Assembly: GCA_000320545.1 (NCBI GenBank)
Contig: ADNK01000278.1
Span: 1-64,000, forward strand
From: Bigelowiella natans CCMP2755
Taxonomy: Eukaryota > Protista > Cercozoa
Length of the DNA stretch: 64,000 nt
Direction: 5' to 3'
Shown: in pieces, positions 52,746 through 64,000 of the stretch
How the letters are laid out: each line of letters opens with the position of its first letter
How positions within the stretch are numbered: the stretch's first letter is position 1
The notes under the pieces: generated by a model
The model's database searches: none
Seen by the model: the letters and a program-made list of their open reading frames with translations, nothing else
What the model was told of the DNA's origin: nothing
Translations under genes and position numbers: made by a program

Positions 52746-55700
52746 TTATTTGCCGATTTCCAATGCCTGCCCAGCTATCCTCCTCTGTACTAACTTCCTT
52801 CTTCTTATTTGGCTCGTCCTCCTCCTCCTCTTCGCGTTTAGGACCCTTTTTGACATTTTGATACTATCCTCAGGCTTGTGATTTTGATTTGCACGCACAC
52901 ACACACACACACACACACAATATATTTATCTTATATACGTTACATGTACTCATGTGGATAACATACTGTAACATTTTGGCATGTATGTTGATGATGCCGT
53001 GCAGAGGTTCATCACCGATATGATGAAATCATCGTCATCATAATCCTCCTCGCTATCCACCGCATCGTAGTAGTTGTAGAGTACAGACTCCTGCATCAAT
53101 TATATTGTGCGTGGTATAAACAAAAAGGCATGAAACACCTATCACCCCTCCCCCCCGGATTTACCTGCATGCACACACTCACGTACGCAGACATTAAACA
53201 ATCATATTTACGATTAACTTGCAATCTCTTCGTTTTCTATGTCGTCTTCACCATTATTTATCACTTACATCCCCCACAGTATCTTTTCCATGGAGACCCT
53301 CGTCTCTAACAGCTGCAGCTGCAGCCATAAAATCGGAATCTAAGAACGAAGTTGCTCTGGTTGGCTTCGAAGACACGTGTCCTTTTCCCCCCCCCCCCCC
53401 ATCGGCCCCTCCAAGATCATCGCATAATTTCGCTATCGTCTTCTTCGTGAAAGAAGAGTCGAAGCTGTTGTCCCGGGCTTGGGAATCCTTGGGGAGCGTT
53501 GCCATCCCACACAGCACGCAAAGAGCCGTGGTGATTAAAACGATAGCTGATAATAGGGGGGGGCGGTCAAAAGAGGGTCAGGCTAATGCGTAGATGCAAT
53601 ATGTGCAGGTGTGAGAGCGAGGCCTCTATTACTATTCTCTAATTCTATTTCTCATACCAAGAATCGTTGTCATAAGCACTTCCTTATTGGACAAGGCCCT
53701 TGGTAAAGCCTGAGGGGGGAAAGGGAGGGGGAGACTGAGTAGAAGCATCAAATAGCCCGAAAATGAAGGTATTGCTTCCATTTGAGCGCTAGGAATTGCA
53801 AAGGAGGGATACGATGCTGTTGAGTTGGAGGGAGGGAAAGGCTGAAGGTAGCGGGTAAGAAAGAAAACCGACTATGATGCATGGGATCCCTCCATGAACA
53901 TTGGCCAGCCTTATTTATATCAAGGGGTCAACGAGAAAGGACCAAAACAAGGAGGAAAATGAATGATTGTTTCGACTCGTAAGAGCTAAGCGTCGTCGTT
54001 GTCGTGTCTTGGGGTGGTTGATGGCAGTGCGGATGAAGGAGGAGATGCCGATCCCCAGCCTTTGATGTGTGCAAGGGTAGACGTACTACGTGTGGAACTA
54101 TGCTATTTTGTGTGAGAATATGGTGTATGGTATGATGCCCTACCATATCATCGATAACTCTGTGTTTGAGACCCAGCTAGGTGGCTTTTCCCAAAGGTAG
54201 GAAACATATAATAACCAAGGTGTTTTTCCCTTCAGCAAATCTCTGGTATTATCTACAAGCTTACTTTTGTTGCTCCAGCATATCGTTCTATCATTACCAT
54301 CATCATTATCATCACCATTATCATCAGCACCATAAGGCGTTACCTTCATTGACAATAACGATGCTAAATTGCAGAGCCAACCAATCTTTCATAAATCCAT
54401 AAGATGATGATGAGTGCTGCTGCTGCTGTTGTGATGTGAACTCAAAAATGAAATATAATGAGTGCTGCTGCTGTTGTGATGTGAACTCAAAAACGAAATA
54501 TAACCTCTCTGCAAACATGATCATACCAAACTTACACGAGCCCGCACGAGCACATACACACACAGACACACACACACACACACATCACGAAAACTTTCAT
54601 CTGTCCTTTATCAAGGTTTATCTCTGGCTGCTCCGTGATATGCGGATCGACGATGTTGCTTCTACCATGAATGTAGCAATCCCCCTCGAAACGACGCAAA
54701 GAACAACGGCAATGGCAATGAAAGGCACCTAAAGATAGGGACATAGAAGGGGCTGCTTTTCTAGGGATTCTAAACTATGTTCATGATGTTGATCGAGCTG
54801 CGGTGGTGGTGATAGAGGAGGAGGAGGAGGAAAATTACGTCTAATTTTGGTGTGTGGCCATTATTGTTGACAAAGGCCCTTGAAAGCACGAACCCCTGTT
54901 TAAGCGCGTTAGCACCACCACCACCACCACCACCACCACCATCACAACAATAACAACAACATCAACAAGAAGAAGAAAAAGAAGGCTGTGTTAGGGGAGA
55001 AATGTGTTTCCGTACTGAGAGTCTTCTTTCGTGGTTTGATTTGTACAAACTGTGTTCTCACTGCTACTACATGTGCAGCACATGAATTATTCCGGTATCG
55101 AAATAACGAGTCATCTATACATCTGTTTATGCTAGTAAATACTACCACGAGCAAGTAGACAGCGGCCTCAGCAATCTACAGGAGGAGACACAGTATGTGA
55201 AGGAAGAAGCACGAGCAGTTTGAAGAGAAGGAGGAGGAGGAAGTGGTGAAGAGGAGGAAGAAAAGATGGTGATAAAAGCTTGGTAGAAAGAAAGAACAAA
55301 TTTGAAAACGACTCCTTAGTGATCCACACGCTGCCTAATTTTCCTACTGCTATTCCCCCGTCCCCTAGCCTGTTACTTGGCCGGCGAGCGACGACGTTAT
55401 CTCCAACGTTGCCCGAGAGGCTTTTGAGATGTTAAAACAGTGGTAGCGCAACAGGACCTGTCCAGCAAAACGCCAATGTGTAAAGAGGCATTAAGGTAAT
55501 GGGGAGTGCATATAAATCAACCATGAAACGCAAGAACTACAAAGAATAACACAGTACAATCCACACGTGAATGGCAAGTGGGGGATAGTTTACCAGTTGA
55601 CACGAATACACGGCGACGATTCTCGAGCCCTTTTTGTCAACGGTCAACATCACGCAGATGTTAGATAATGGCAGTAAAATTATGATCGTCACAACCACAC

Positions 55701-56306
55701 AAGCAGTATGTAAAGTGGATATGTGCGTGTGACTGAGCGTGTGTACACATCTATATATCCGAGCCCTTCCTCGAAAACAACATGTTAGGGTATGATGCAA
55801 GAGAGGAACAGATTGGGGGATAAGTAGGACATACATAGTTAGAGCCTCCGAGAAAATAGCTTGCGGTTAGTGTCACAAATGTGACCATCTGAGGAAGATT
55901 AGAGAGGGAGAGAGAGGGGTAGGGGGGGAGGAGGAGAAAGAATTATCGTGCTTATCCACTGGATATTTGAATATAATATATGCGGAGCGGCTCTATGTAA
56001 ATAATAATGATAATCACATAGATGCAATCATCCTTTCAGTCCCTTGGGAGAAAGCTCGATATTTTTCGATTGATCCGTTCAATTAAATGGATAATTTGTT
56101 TTGGGAGCCAAAAGTCTGTGCTGCTGCCTCTACTGCTAGTAGGCGAAGTGCCGGCGTTGTCTCTCCCTCCACAATACTACCACACCATCATTTCAACAAG
56201 TTTGCTGTCGTTCGTACCAATTCCAAAGTAGGATACTTCTTCAGAAATCTTGCCTGAGCGCTCACTACAGATGTCATAAGCCCTATCACTGAGGGCGAGA
56301 CAGAGA

Positions 56307-56347
<41 letters not shown>

Positions 56348-56600
56348 AGAAGGTAATTATTATTCATGTTGCAGTTGTTGCGGTTGTTGCAATTACCTGC
56401 TCCCGCTAGTATTAGAGTAAGAAGGTAATTATTATTCATGTTGCAGTTGTTGCGGTTGTTGCAATTACCTGCTCCCGCTAGTATTGAGGTGGACACTCCT
56501 ATTCCAAAGCTACCAAACCATGCGTTGTATATCACCCCGAAGATAGACGATGAGGATGGGATCTGCTTAGAAAGACACAAAAGAAAACAAATGCGCACGT

Positions 56601-56635
<35 letters not shown>

Positions 56636-56674
56636 GACAACAACAACACACGCATACATATATGGATTTATGTA

Positions 56675-56709
<35 letters not shown>

Positions 56710-57296
56710 ATATATTTTCATAATTGTGTGCTTTAGACTCATGCCGTGGTAGCTACCTCTCCAATGCCACTGACCGCCTTCATATTCGGTGAAAATGATA
56801 TCAATAAGGGTTTGTGGGGGGGATGAAGAGGAGAGGGGGAATTCAATGACAGTGACGAAAGGGACATTTCAAAAGAAGAAAGTGAGAGACAGAGAAGACA
56901 AAACAGATAAATAATTAAGTACTCAAGGCGCCCTACCATGAAAAACATGATCGCCACGATCTCGTTGAGAATTCCCTATTATTTTCATAATTTGGCAACA
57001 ACGATGAAACACATCAACATTGCACTGAGACGGGCGACAGCGACATGAAGAGCTAAGATGCCAACACTTTGCTCTGTGCCGAATATGCTCTTTGGAAGCA
57101 CAAGACGATTGTAATTGGTGGTGAGTACTGATACTATTATTACCTCTCCCAAGATGATCCTCCTCATCTTCGGACGAATGCTCACAAAAGGATGCTGAGG
57201 GGACGATAGGAGCTACACATCAAGAGCAGAGAGCCATGTGAGCAAGGAAACAGGAATATATCCTCGAGCACGCGACAGCATAGCCCACTTGAACCA

Positions 57297-57327
<31 letters not shown>

Positions 57328-58718
57328 GGTCGCTAGCATCACCGAGGTTATTGCCACTGAATCGGTGCTAGACAGCATCATGCCGATCATAAAGCTAATG
57401 AAAATAATAGGAGGAGAGGTGAACACAACTATTTATATATATATATATATATATATATCAACGATTCAAAGGGAAGAAAAAGAGAAAACGATGTTCTGCG
57501 AAGGCAATTTAAATCTCTTTATCGTGTTGTTGGTTGTGGTGTTCGTAGCGCTCGTGCGTGTTGGGTTATTACTGTTATTGTTGTTGTTCTTGTTGTTGTT
57601 TTAACTACTACCACTGGAAGGGATCAGCGGTAATGGATACCACACCAGAAACAGCCAAAAGATGTAAAACCTACAGGCACAACTAAAAGTCAGGATGATA
57701 TCAAAAAAATAATATATGTGTGTATGTGTGTGGTTGTGTGTGTGTGGATGATTTGGACAATTCATGTAGATGTGTGTGTGTGGGGGTGTGCGGTATTGTA
57801 TTTATAAAAATGGGCACTTCGTAGCTAACCTTGGCGACGAAAACGGAAGATAAAAGCAAACCCAGGAGAGACAGGGCAAAGATCATTGTCACATGAGTGC
57901 TACAGTAGAGGCTCTTCTCCAACAAGTATCCGGCTGAGCGGAAGATCGATCGATGAAGAGGCATAAGCAAAGACTAGAACCATGACCGCACACACACACC
58001 CACACACACACACACTCGCAGGCAGACAAAGAAAGATTCACACGCTAGGAAAAATGAAGGCATTTACATGTAAGTAAGTTATTACATTTTAAAAGGATGG
58101 GAGGGAGAAGCACGTAGTAGATTGCCATCGATTCTACGTTGAACAGTGTTTCATCCTCCTTGCCAATGAAGAAGACGGCGGACAGAAATCCCTTATAAGT
58201 AAACAACAACGTCCCACGTTTAGAGGAGGAGCTCACTGTGTGTGTGTTTGTGTGTGCCTTACCCCAATCCCCATGATACATTAACTCACATATATACCTA
58301 CGTGCATGCCTACATACAAACGAAAGAAAGCTCTCACATCCCCACCCATCGCTCCTCCCCTCCTCTCCTGTGTGAGTGATGCACCCACCAGGAATATCCA
58401 GTAAGTGCTGATCGGAACGCAGCTTAGACACTTCCAATGATCAAGGATAGGCCTATAAAAGCGTGCATATACTTCTTGTTTCAGATCAAAGGACCCTGTG
58501 CATAAACCAGAGGGAGGTTACGTTTGTGTTTTGTCTTGACGCAAAATACACGCGCGCATGCACACACATATACACATGCATATACACTTATAAATTATCA
58601 GCATAAATTTCGATGATGTCAATCAGCTACTTGGTGAGAAGAGCCAAGGTCAGCAGAATAGCGATGAACAGGATTCCATATCCCTGATACCGTCAAGCAC
58701 ACGATGATGATGATGATG

Positions 58719-58753
<35 letters not shown>

Positions 58754-59630
58754 AATAATATAGGGAAGAGCAGAGGGCCTTATGACGATCAATTTTTTTG
58801 TTAGCAAGACGTAAAATGCTATATTTTTTGCCTCTGAAGCCTTTGTGATAACGACTCACCTGAAGGATACTTTCACCATTATTATGTGTCTCGGGGTGAG
58901 AATGATCTCCTTGTGAGGATTGCGAAGAGGTTCCGACCGATCTGAAATTCGGTAGGAATACGAAACAAGAACGATGTCGAATTTAAAATTTAGCATGTTC
59001 CTTAATCAGAACAAAACGGACACTAAAAATTCCTCCTTCCTCCTCCTCCTTCTCCCAAACTTCTTCTTATTTTTCCGTTAGCTTGACCCCATCCTTCGCA
59101 TCGTTGTTTCAATTAACCCAATGGTAGACTTGACGACCTTTTTGTTGAAAAGGGGTATTATCCGTTCAATAACTTTATGTCGCACAGAATTTCAAAACTG
59201 CTGGCAGCAGTGATGAAAGTACTTACTTCCGAGTCTCTGGTAGGTGTCGAGTTCCCTCCCGTAGACAACGAAACATTAGGAGTAAACCCATTGGTTACCA
59301 AGTCGCTCTTGTCCACGTGAGACCAAACCATCAAGGCTAATTTTGTGTCTGCACAGATGATGAAATTGGAATACGGTACGATCTTGTAAGTTCTTAAGTA
59401 CCTCCTCCTTTGTTTTCTCCTCTATTTATACTCCACACCCGTGGAAATTGTACAGCAAGAATCAGACTATCGCATGCGCCTCTGCTTACCTCTCGTATGA
59501 CAATTCTTCCCGTATTGGTGTAGTTCCTCCTCCCCTCCCGCTCTTTTTCTCAGTCTTTTCTACTCTCTGTTCTTGGGTGTGTTCCTTCTCCGGAAGCTTA
59601 AGACTGACGCTGCTCGCATGTGTGTCTCAG
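52746..59630 (-). CDS. CPA1-family Na+(K+)/H+ exchanger (NHE/NHX-like), many exons; start unresolved
   Basis: YYVLLPPILLKSAGYLL; GMMLSSTDSVAI; RIILGE|GILNEIVAIMFF; IAEAAVYL; VVLCVVSRG; LMTTILG; acidic and basic cytoplasmic tail ending ALEIGK*. Confidence 0.82.
56342..56485. repeat. 72-bp perfect tandem duplication spanning a 5' splice site of the exchanger gene
   Basis: agagtaagaaggtaattattattcatg...ctcccgctagtatt occurs twice. Confidence 0.9.
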
Positions 59631-60070
59631 AATGAAGCCAAATAGATGCGATTCATGATCTGCGACAGAAGCAAGTGGTGTAAATGTAGGTATGCGACGT
59701 GAGAAATGCTTTGTCGCACGTGGTCATTGGCCATCATCAACCTATGTAAGACGCAACGAGTAGATGATCAAATCGATCAGTTTGTCACTAGGGTAGGTTA
59801 CAACGGAACATAGACAAACCAAAAAAAACTCGGGTGATTCTCGCGAGTTGACTCGGGTGATTCTCTCGAGTTGCTTGCCATGATGGGAATTCCTACCCAA
59901 TAATTACCACCACACGAACAAATAGGAAAAAATCCTCGGAGAAGAATGAACTCAAAAAGAACAACAACAAATGATAACATCTCTACGATATTTTAAGCTT
60001 AATTTTTTTCCTAGATACCCTTCGTCGTTGCTACGCACATCCCCTTCTCTCCCACGTGCGTACGCCCCTT

Positions 60071-60109
<39 letters not shown>

Positions 60110-60200
60110 TCTCTCTGTCTGTCGTCTGTCTGCGTGTGTGTGTCATATTTACTTTTTGCTTCAGTCAGCATCGTCAAGCCAGAGGGGGGAGGGAAGACAA

Positions 60201-61469
60201 ATGCTGCCTTCATCCTTCGCCGCTGCCGCGTCATCGTCGTCGTCGTCGTCTTCAGCTGAAAAAAAGGCAACTCCCACATCAGAGACACTCGACAGATGCC
60301 GACGCTACAAAGAGGCTGCTTTTAAAGGTAGAGCAAATTCTTCTGAACGATACGTGGACAAGGATTCGATAAATGCACAATATCAGATAAGAGAGTCAGC
60401 TTTCTCATGAAGATGCTCGCGGTAAGTATCGCGACTCAGATTCACACCCTCATTCGCTTGGTCTTGAAACATTGCATGCAAACAGGTTTATGGATGCCCA
60501 GTTCAACAACACGATTTTGTCCATTGCATAGAGTTTCCTAAAGGTGAAACAGATCTTATACTCTATGAAATGATGTCAACATGTCCCCCGACCCACTACT
60601 ATCTATTACCCGAATCCGAGTTCTGACGATTTAGAGGGTGGAGGTCGCGTAAATCGATAAATACTGATATTCTGTTCAGAACTTAAGGCGAATGGGGGCT
60701 TTCGCATTAAGGATGATGACACCGTAGACGTATGCACTCATTATATACATACGTTCATTTAAATATGTGCGTGCGTGCGTGTGTGTGTGTGTGGTAACAT
60801 ACGCAATGGTTTTATGTCATGATTCGTTTCTTTTAATCTTCAGATTGTTCTCGGAAGCAACGTCATAAAGGTACACTGCCAGCACATTTGATAGCAACCG
60901 TTTCTGAGTTGTTGTGACCTCTGCACGTTATTAGAGCGAAAAGGAGACCACGCGAATTCTTCGCCACGAAGTATGGATCATTCCCTTTTAAAGGAATTTA
61001 CAACTAATATATTATACCAATGCAGTTGATACACGCGTTGGACCATTGCAAGTACGATGTGGACTGGAGTGATCCGAAGCAAAAGGCTTGCTCTGAGGTA
61101 GTAGTTAAACCTATCTCTATCTCTATGTTACTTGGCTAGGTTCCAAGTTCAAATACGTTGTGCTTGATACAGATCAGAGCTGCTTCTTTGAGTGGAGATT
61201 GCGATTACATAACTGAATTAGCTCGCGGAGCAAATCCATCCATGAGCAATCATCATAAGGTGGGAGACCATCTTTTCTGAATGCGAGCTTTATGAAAATA
61301 ATTTGCATCATTCCACGATTTTTAGAAATGTGTCAGGCGTCGTGCCGCGTTTAGCCTTCGCCATTCGCCAACTTCTGCCAACATGACGCAACTGAAAGCT
61401 GAAGAACATGTGGATGCTGTCTTCGAAGATTGCTACAAAGACACGAGTCCGTTTGGGTGTATACCTTAA
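60201..61469 (+). CDS. ATP23: Mitochondrial inner-membrane metalloprotease ATP23 (peptidase M76)
   Basis: GGF...IVLGSN; LRHELIHALDHC (HExxH); ACSEIRAASLSGDC; KCVRRRA; VFEDCYKDTSPF...*. Start could lie further upstream. Confidence 0.92.
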
Positions 61470-61997
61470 AATCGGTGTAGAGTATGCACGGAAGAAATAT
61501 TTTATCGTATGAATGTGTGCTTATGCGTGTGCGCTCACGTATTCGTTATTAAACTGTAGAACTTTCAATTGTAATACAGTCTATTTGGCACCTTTATTTT
61601 GTGTCCCGCAGTGTTGCGTATAATTGTACATATATGTTTGTGAATGTAGATGTAGTATGGAATGACAAGACGTATGCAGTCACACAAATATATGTACAGC
61701 TAGCCGTCAATGAGCAGACGACACTGCGCAATATTGTGATTCTCATTTTGATCTACAAGGCGCAACGCCGTGGTAAGCGAAAGGAGACAAGACTAATGAT
61801 ATGTGTAGCGTTTAGTTGCTAGCTCATGCAGTGTAGTAAAGGGCACATGAGCATGTAAATTCTTGGGCGAGGCAGCGCGCGCATGCATGAATATTATATA
61901 ATAATCCTAGGACAATTGCCGTGGCCAAAATATATTATATCTTAGCGCCACGTTGAGCTGGCAAGACCAAATGAGTGCTGATGCTTAGGCGTGTTTA

Positions 61998-62037
<40 letters not shown>

Positions 62038-62066
62038 TATATATAATGAATATTTCATTACATCCG

Positions 62067-62115
<49 letters not shown>

Positions 62116-62286
62116 CATCATCTACTTTACTCGACACAGATCGTTCACAATTCGCAATAACTTTTATTAGCACTGTTTTTTCCAAGCAAATTACTGGTGT
62201 CACATACTTGCGCGATTACAGACATAGGATAAATAATATACATATAATGTATATCATATTACGTTGTCTATTATGTTATAGACATA

Positions 62287-62346
<60 letters not shown>

Positions 62347-62571
62347 ATATTACGTTGTCTGTTATCGCGTTGCTGCATAAGATTAGCCCAAAAATTGCGA
62401 AGTAGCAGTTTGCTACTGTGCGCTCAGTTAAGGCTTTCCACGCAACATGCATGCATCCAGAAGAGACGAACAGATAGTTTGATAAAGATCATTAGAATTC
62501 ATTGTAATGTAAACCTTTATCTCAATCGACCCGTCTACGCTAGTACGACAACAGCACATATTCAGAAGAAC

Positions 62572-63138
62572 CTAATTTTTCGTCCTTGATTTGTGCCGCT
62601 GAAACAGGCTTTGAGCCTTTCTCAGCAAATGCTCTTGTATGAGTACTCGAGCATTTGTGACTGTTCGTTGCAGAGCCAGGGGGCTGAGCTCCAAACTTCC
62701 ACACTCTAAGTTGAAGGATCTAATTCTATCTAAGAATACAAAATCTTCATCGATTAACTGTGATTTTGTGTGATGGTGGCGCCTTTGTTGTCGGCCGGTC
62801 GCTGGGTTCGAGTGCCGGAATGATATCCTGGATCCGTGTTGCACAGTAGGCTCTACAGGGCAACCCACAGACATCAGATGCTTGATCTCAGAGAACGATA
62901 TATCAGTGAGATAGAACTCCGAATGTGTTGAGATTGCGAACTCCAAACGCGATTCCCGTTTGCCTGGCCATAACTATGGGACAACACACGCAAACACACA
63001 CACATGCGCGCCATTATTAAGTCTGTGTTGCCTGTCAGAAAAAAGTAGCTCGCCATCGTTATGCATTTTGATATTTTGTTGATGATAATATTACTATTCT
63101 TGGGCGAGAACAACACATCGCCACCCGCAACACACACA

Positions 63139-63171
<33 letters not shown>

Positions 63172-63623
63172 AGCAGCAACGTTGCACCTTGTTGAAGGCC
63201 TCACACTCCGAATCTGCGATGGGCGGAACATGTACGACTGATTTTGAGTCGTCTCCGGGCAAAACTCTCTGGGTCTTCCCTCGCACTATTCGTTCCACAT
63301 GCAGATATGGGGCCTCGAAGTGACGGATCATCGGTAAGTACGGTATCTTCTTGTGCTCGATCTTCACCTCAGAGCGGCCGGCCCCACCGCCGGTGGGGTG
63401 GTAGCGAGGCGTGGTTGGCACTCTCCTCCGCCGTGTGGAAGGGAGAAGCTTGGGTTCTAAGCATGTTCCCGTGCTGCATGCTACTATCTCGCATGTCCAA
63501 ATACGGTACCTAGTCGGCTCCTCCTCGGACGTTATCTGTGACGGGTGATTGTGGTATTAGTAGTGGGTAAAAGGAAGGGGGGGGGGGGAGGAGGAAAAGG
63601 ATGACGGGAGGATCGGGAGGATG

Positions 63624-63677
<54 letters not shown>

Positions 63678-63870
63678 GGTTTCACTTTTTGGAACGGGGA
63701 ATGTAGGCGAAATGCTTGGAAATGGGATTTTTATCATGTTTGACAACATGCTTGAGATGTGTGCGTGTGCGTGTATGTGTGTCCTCCTACCCATCCGTTA
63801 ACATCGGTTTTTTCGTTGCGGATATAATCCCACTCAGCGTCCGCACGGAACCTAATTCAGACGTGTAGCA
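62572..63870 (-). CDS. 3' part of a spliced hypothetical protein gene (continues beyond window)
   Basis: Long exon-like ORFs 62572..62946 and about 63188-63508 bounded by AG/GT and separated by microsatellite introns. No family recognised. Confidence 0.5.
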
Positions 63871-64000
63871 GTACACATGTACGGACAAGGGACGAGTAAT
63901 AAGGATGGGTGGACAATGACGACGACGACGACATGACGATGATGATGATGTTTGTCGGTATGTGTATGTGTGTGTGTGTGTGGGAGAGAGAGAGAGAGAG

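Noticed and set aside
52070-52793. Possible + strand gene (ORF 52443..52793)
   Set aside because: No consistent spliced model or recognisable domain, and it overlaps the exchanger's stop region. Left uncalled.
1-64000. tRNA, rRNA or telomeric repeat arrays
   Set aside because: None recognised by eye; a tRNAscan/Infernal run would be needed to exclude small RNAs.

Overview
Intron-rich eukaryotic (protist-like) nuclear DNA. GT/GC-AG introns and microsatellite-filled introns are reminiscent of chlorarachniophyte-type genomes, but this is inference only. I spliced about 15 genes by eye: NTM1 methyltransferase, a nearly intronless SPFH/vacuolin-like gene, a Ras GTPase with a KHA/ubiquitin-like N-domain, an ADAM metalloprotease with a cytoplasmic WW domain, a giant kinesin-ankyrin-Sel1 gene, a 2OG-Fe(II) oxygenase, a cyclophilin-less PPIL2-like U-box gene, a telobox-Myb x2 / MC1-like / tandem-BRCT gene, two head-to-head SAM-domain genes in a 4.6-kb palindrome, a CPA1 Na+/H+ exchanger, ATP23 and several hypothetical genes. 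The three most striking signals are: (1) a 'reverse-RIP'-like mutational scar in which TpA is almost absent (about 980 bp with none) except in CTAG, strongest in a decayed repeat region and recurring downstream of gene 3' ends; (2) an archaeal MC1-like chromatin domain embedded in a telomere-Myb/BRCT protein; (3) the palindromic gene duplication with nested inverted repeats at its centre. All exon boundaries and counts were made by eye and are approximate.
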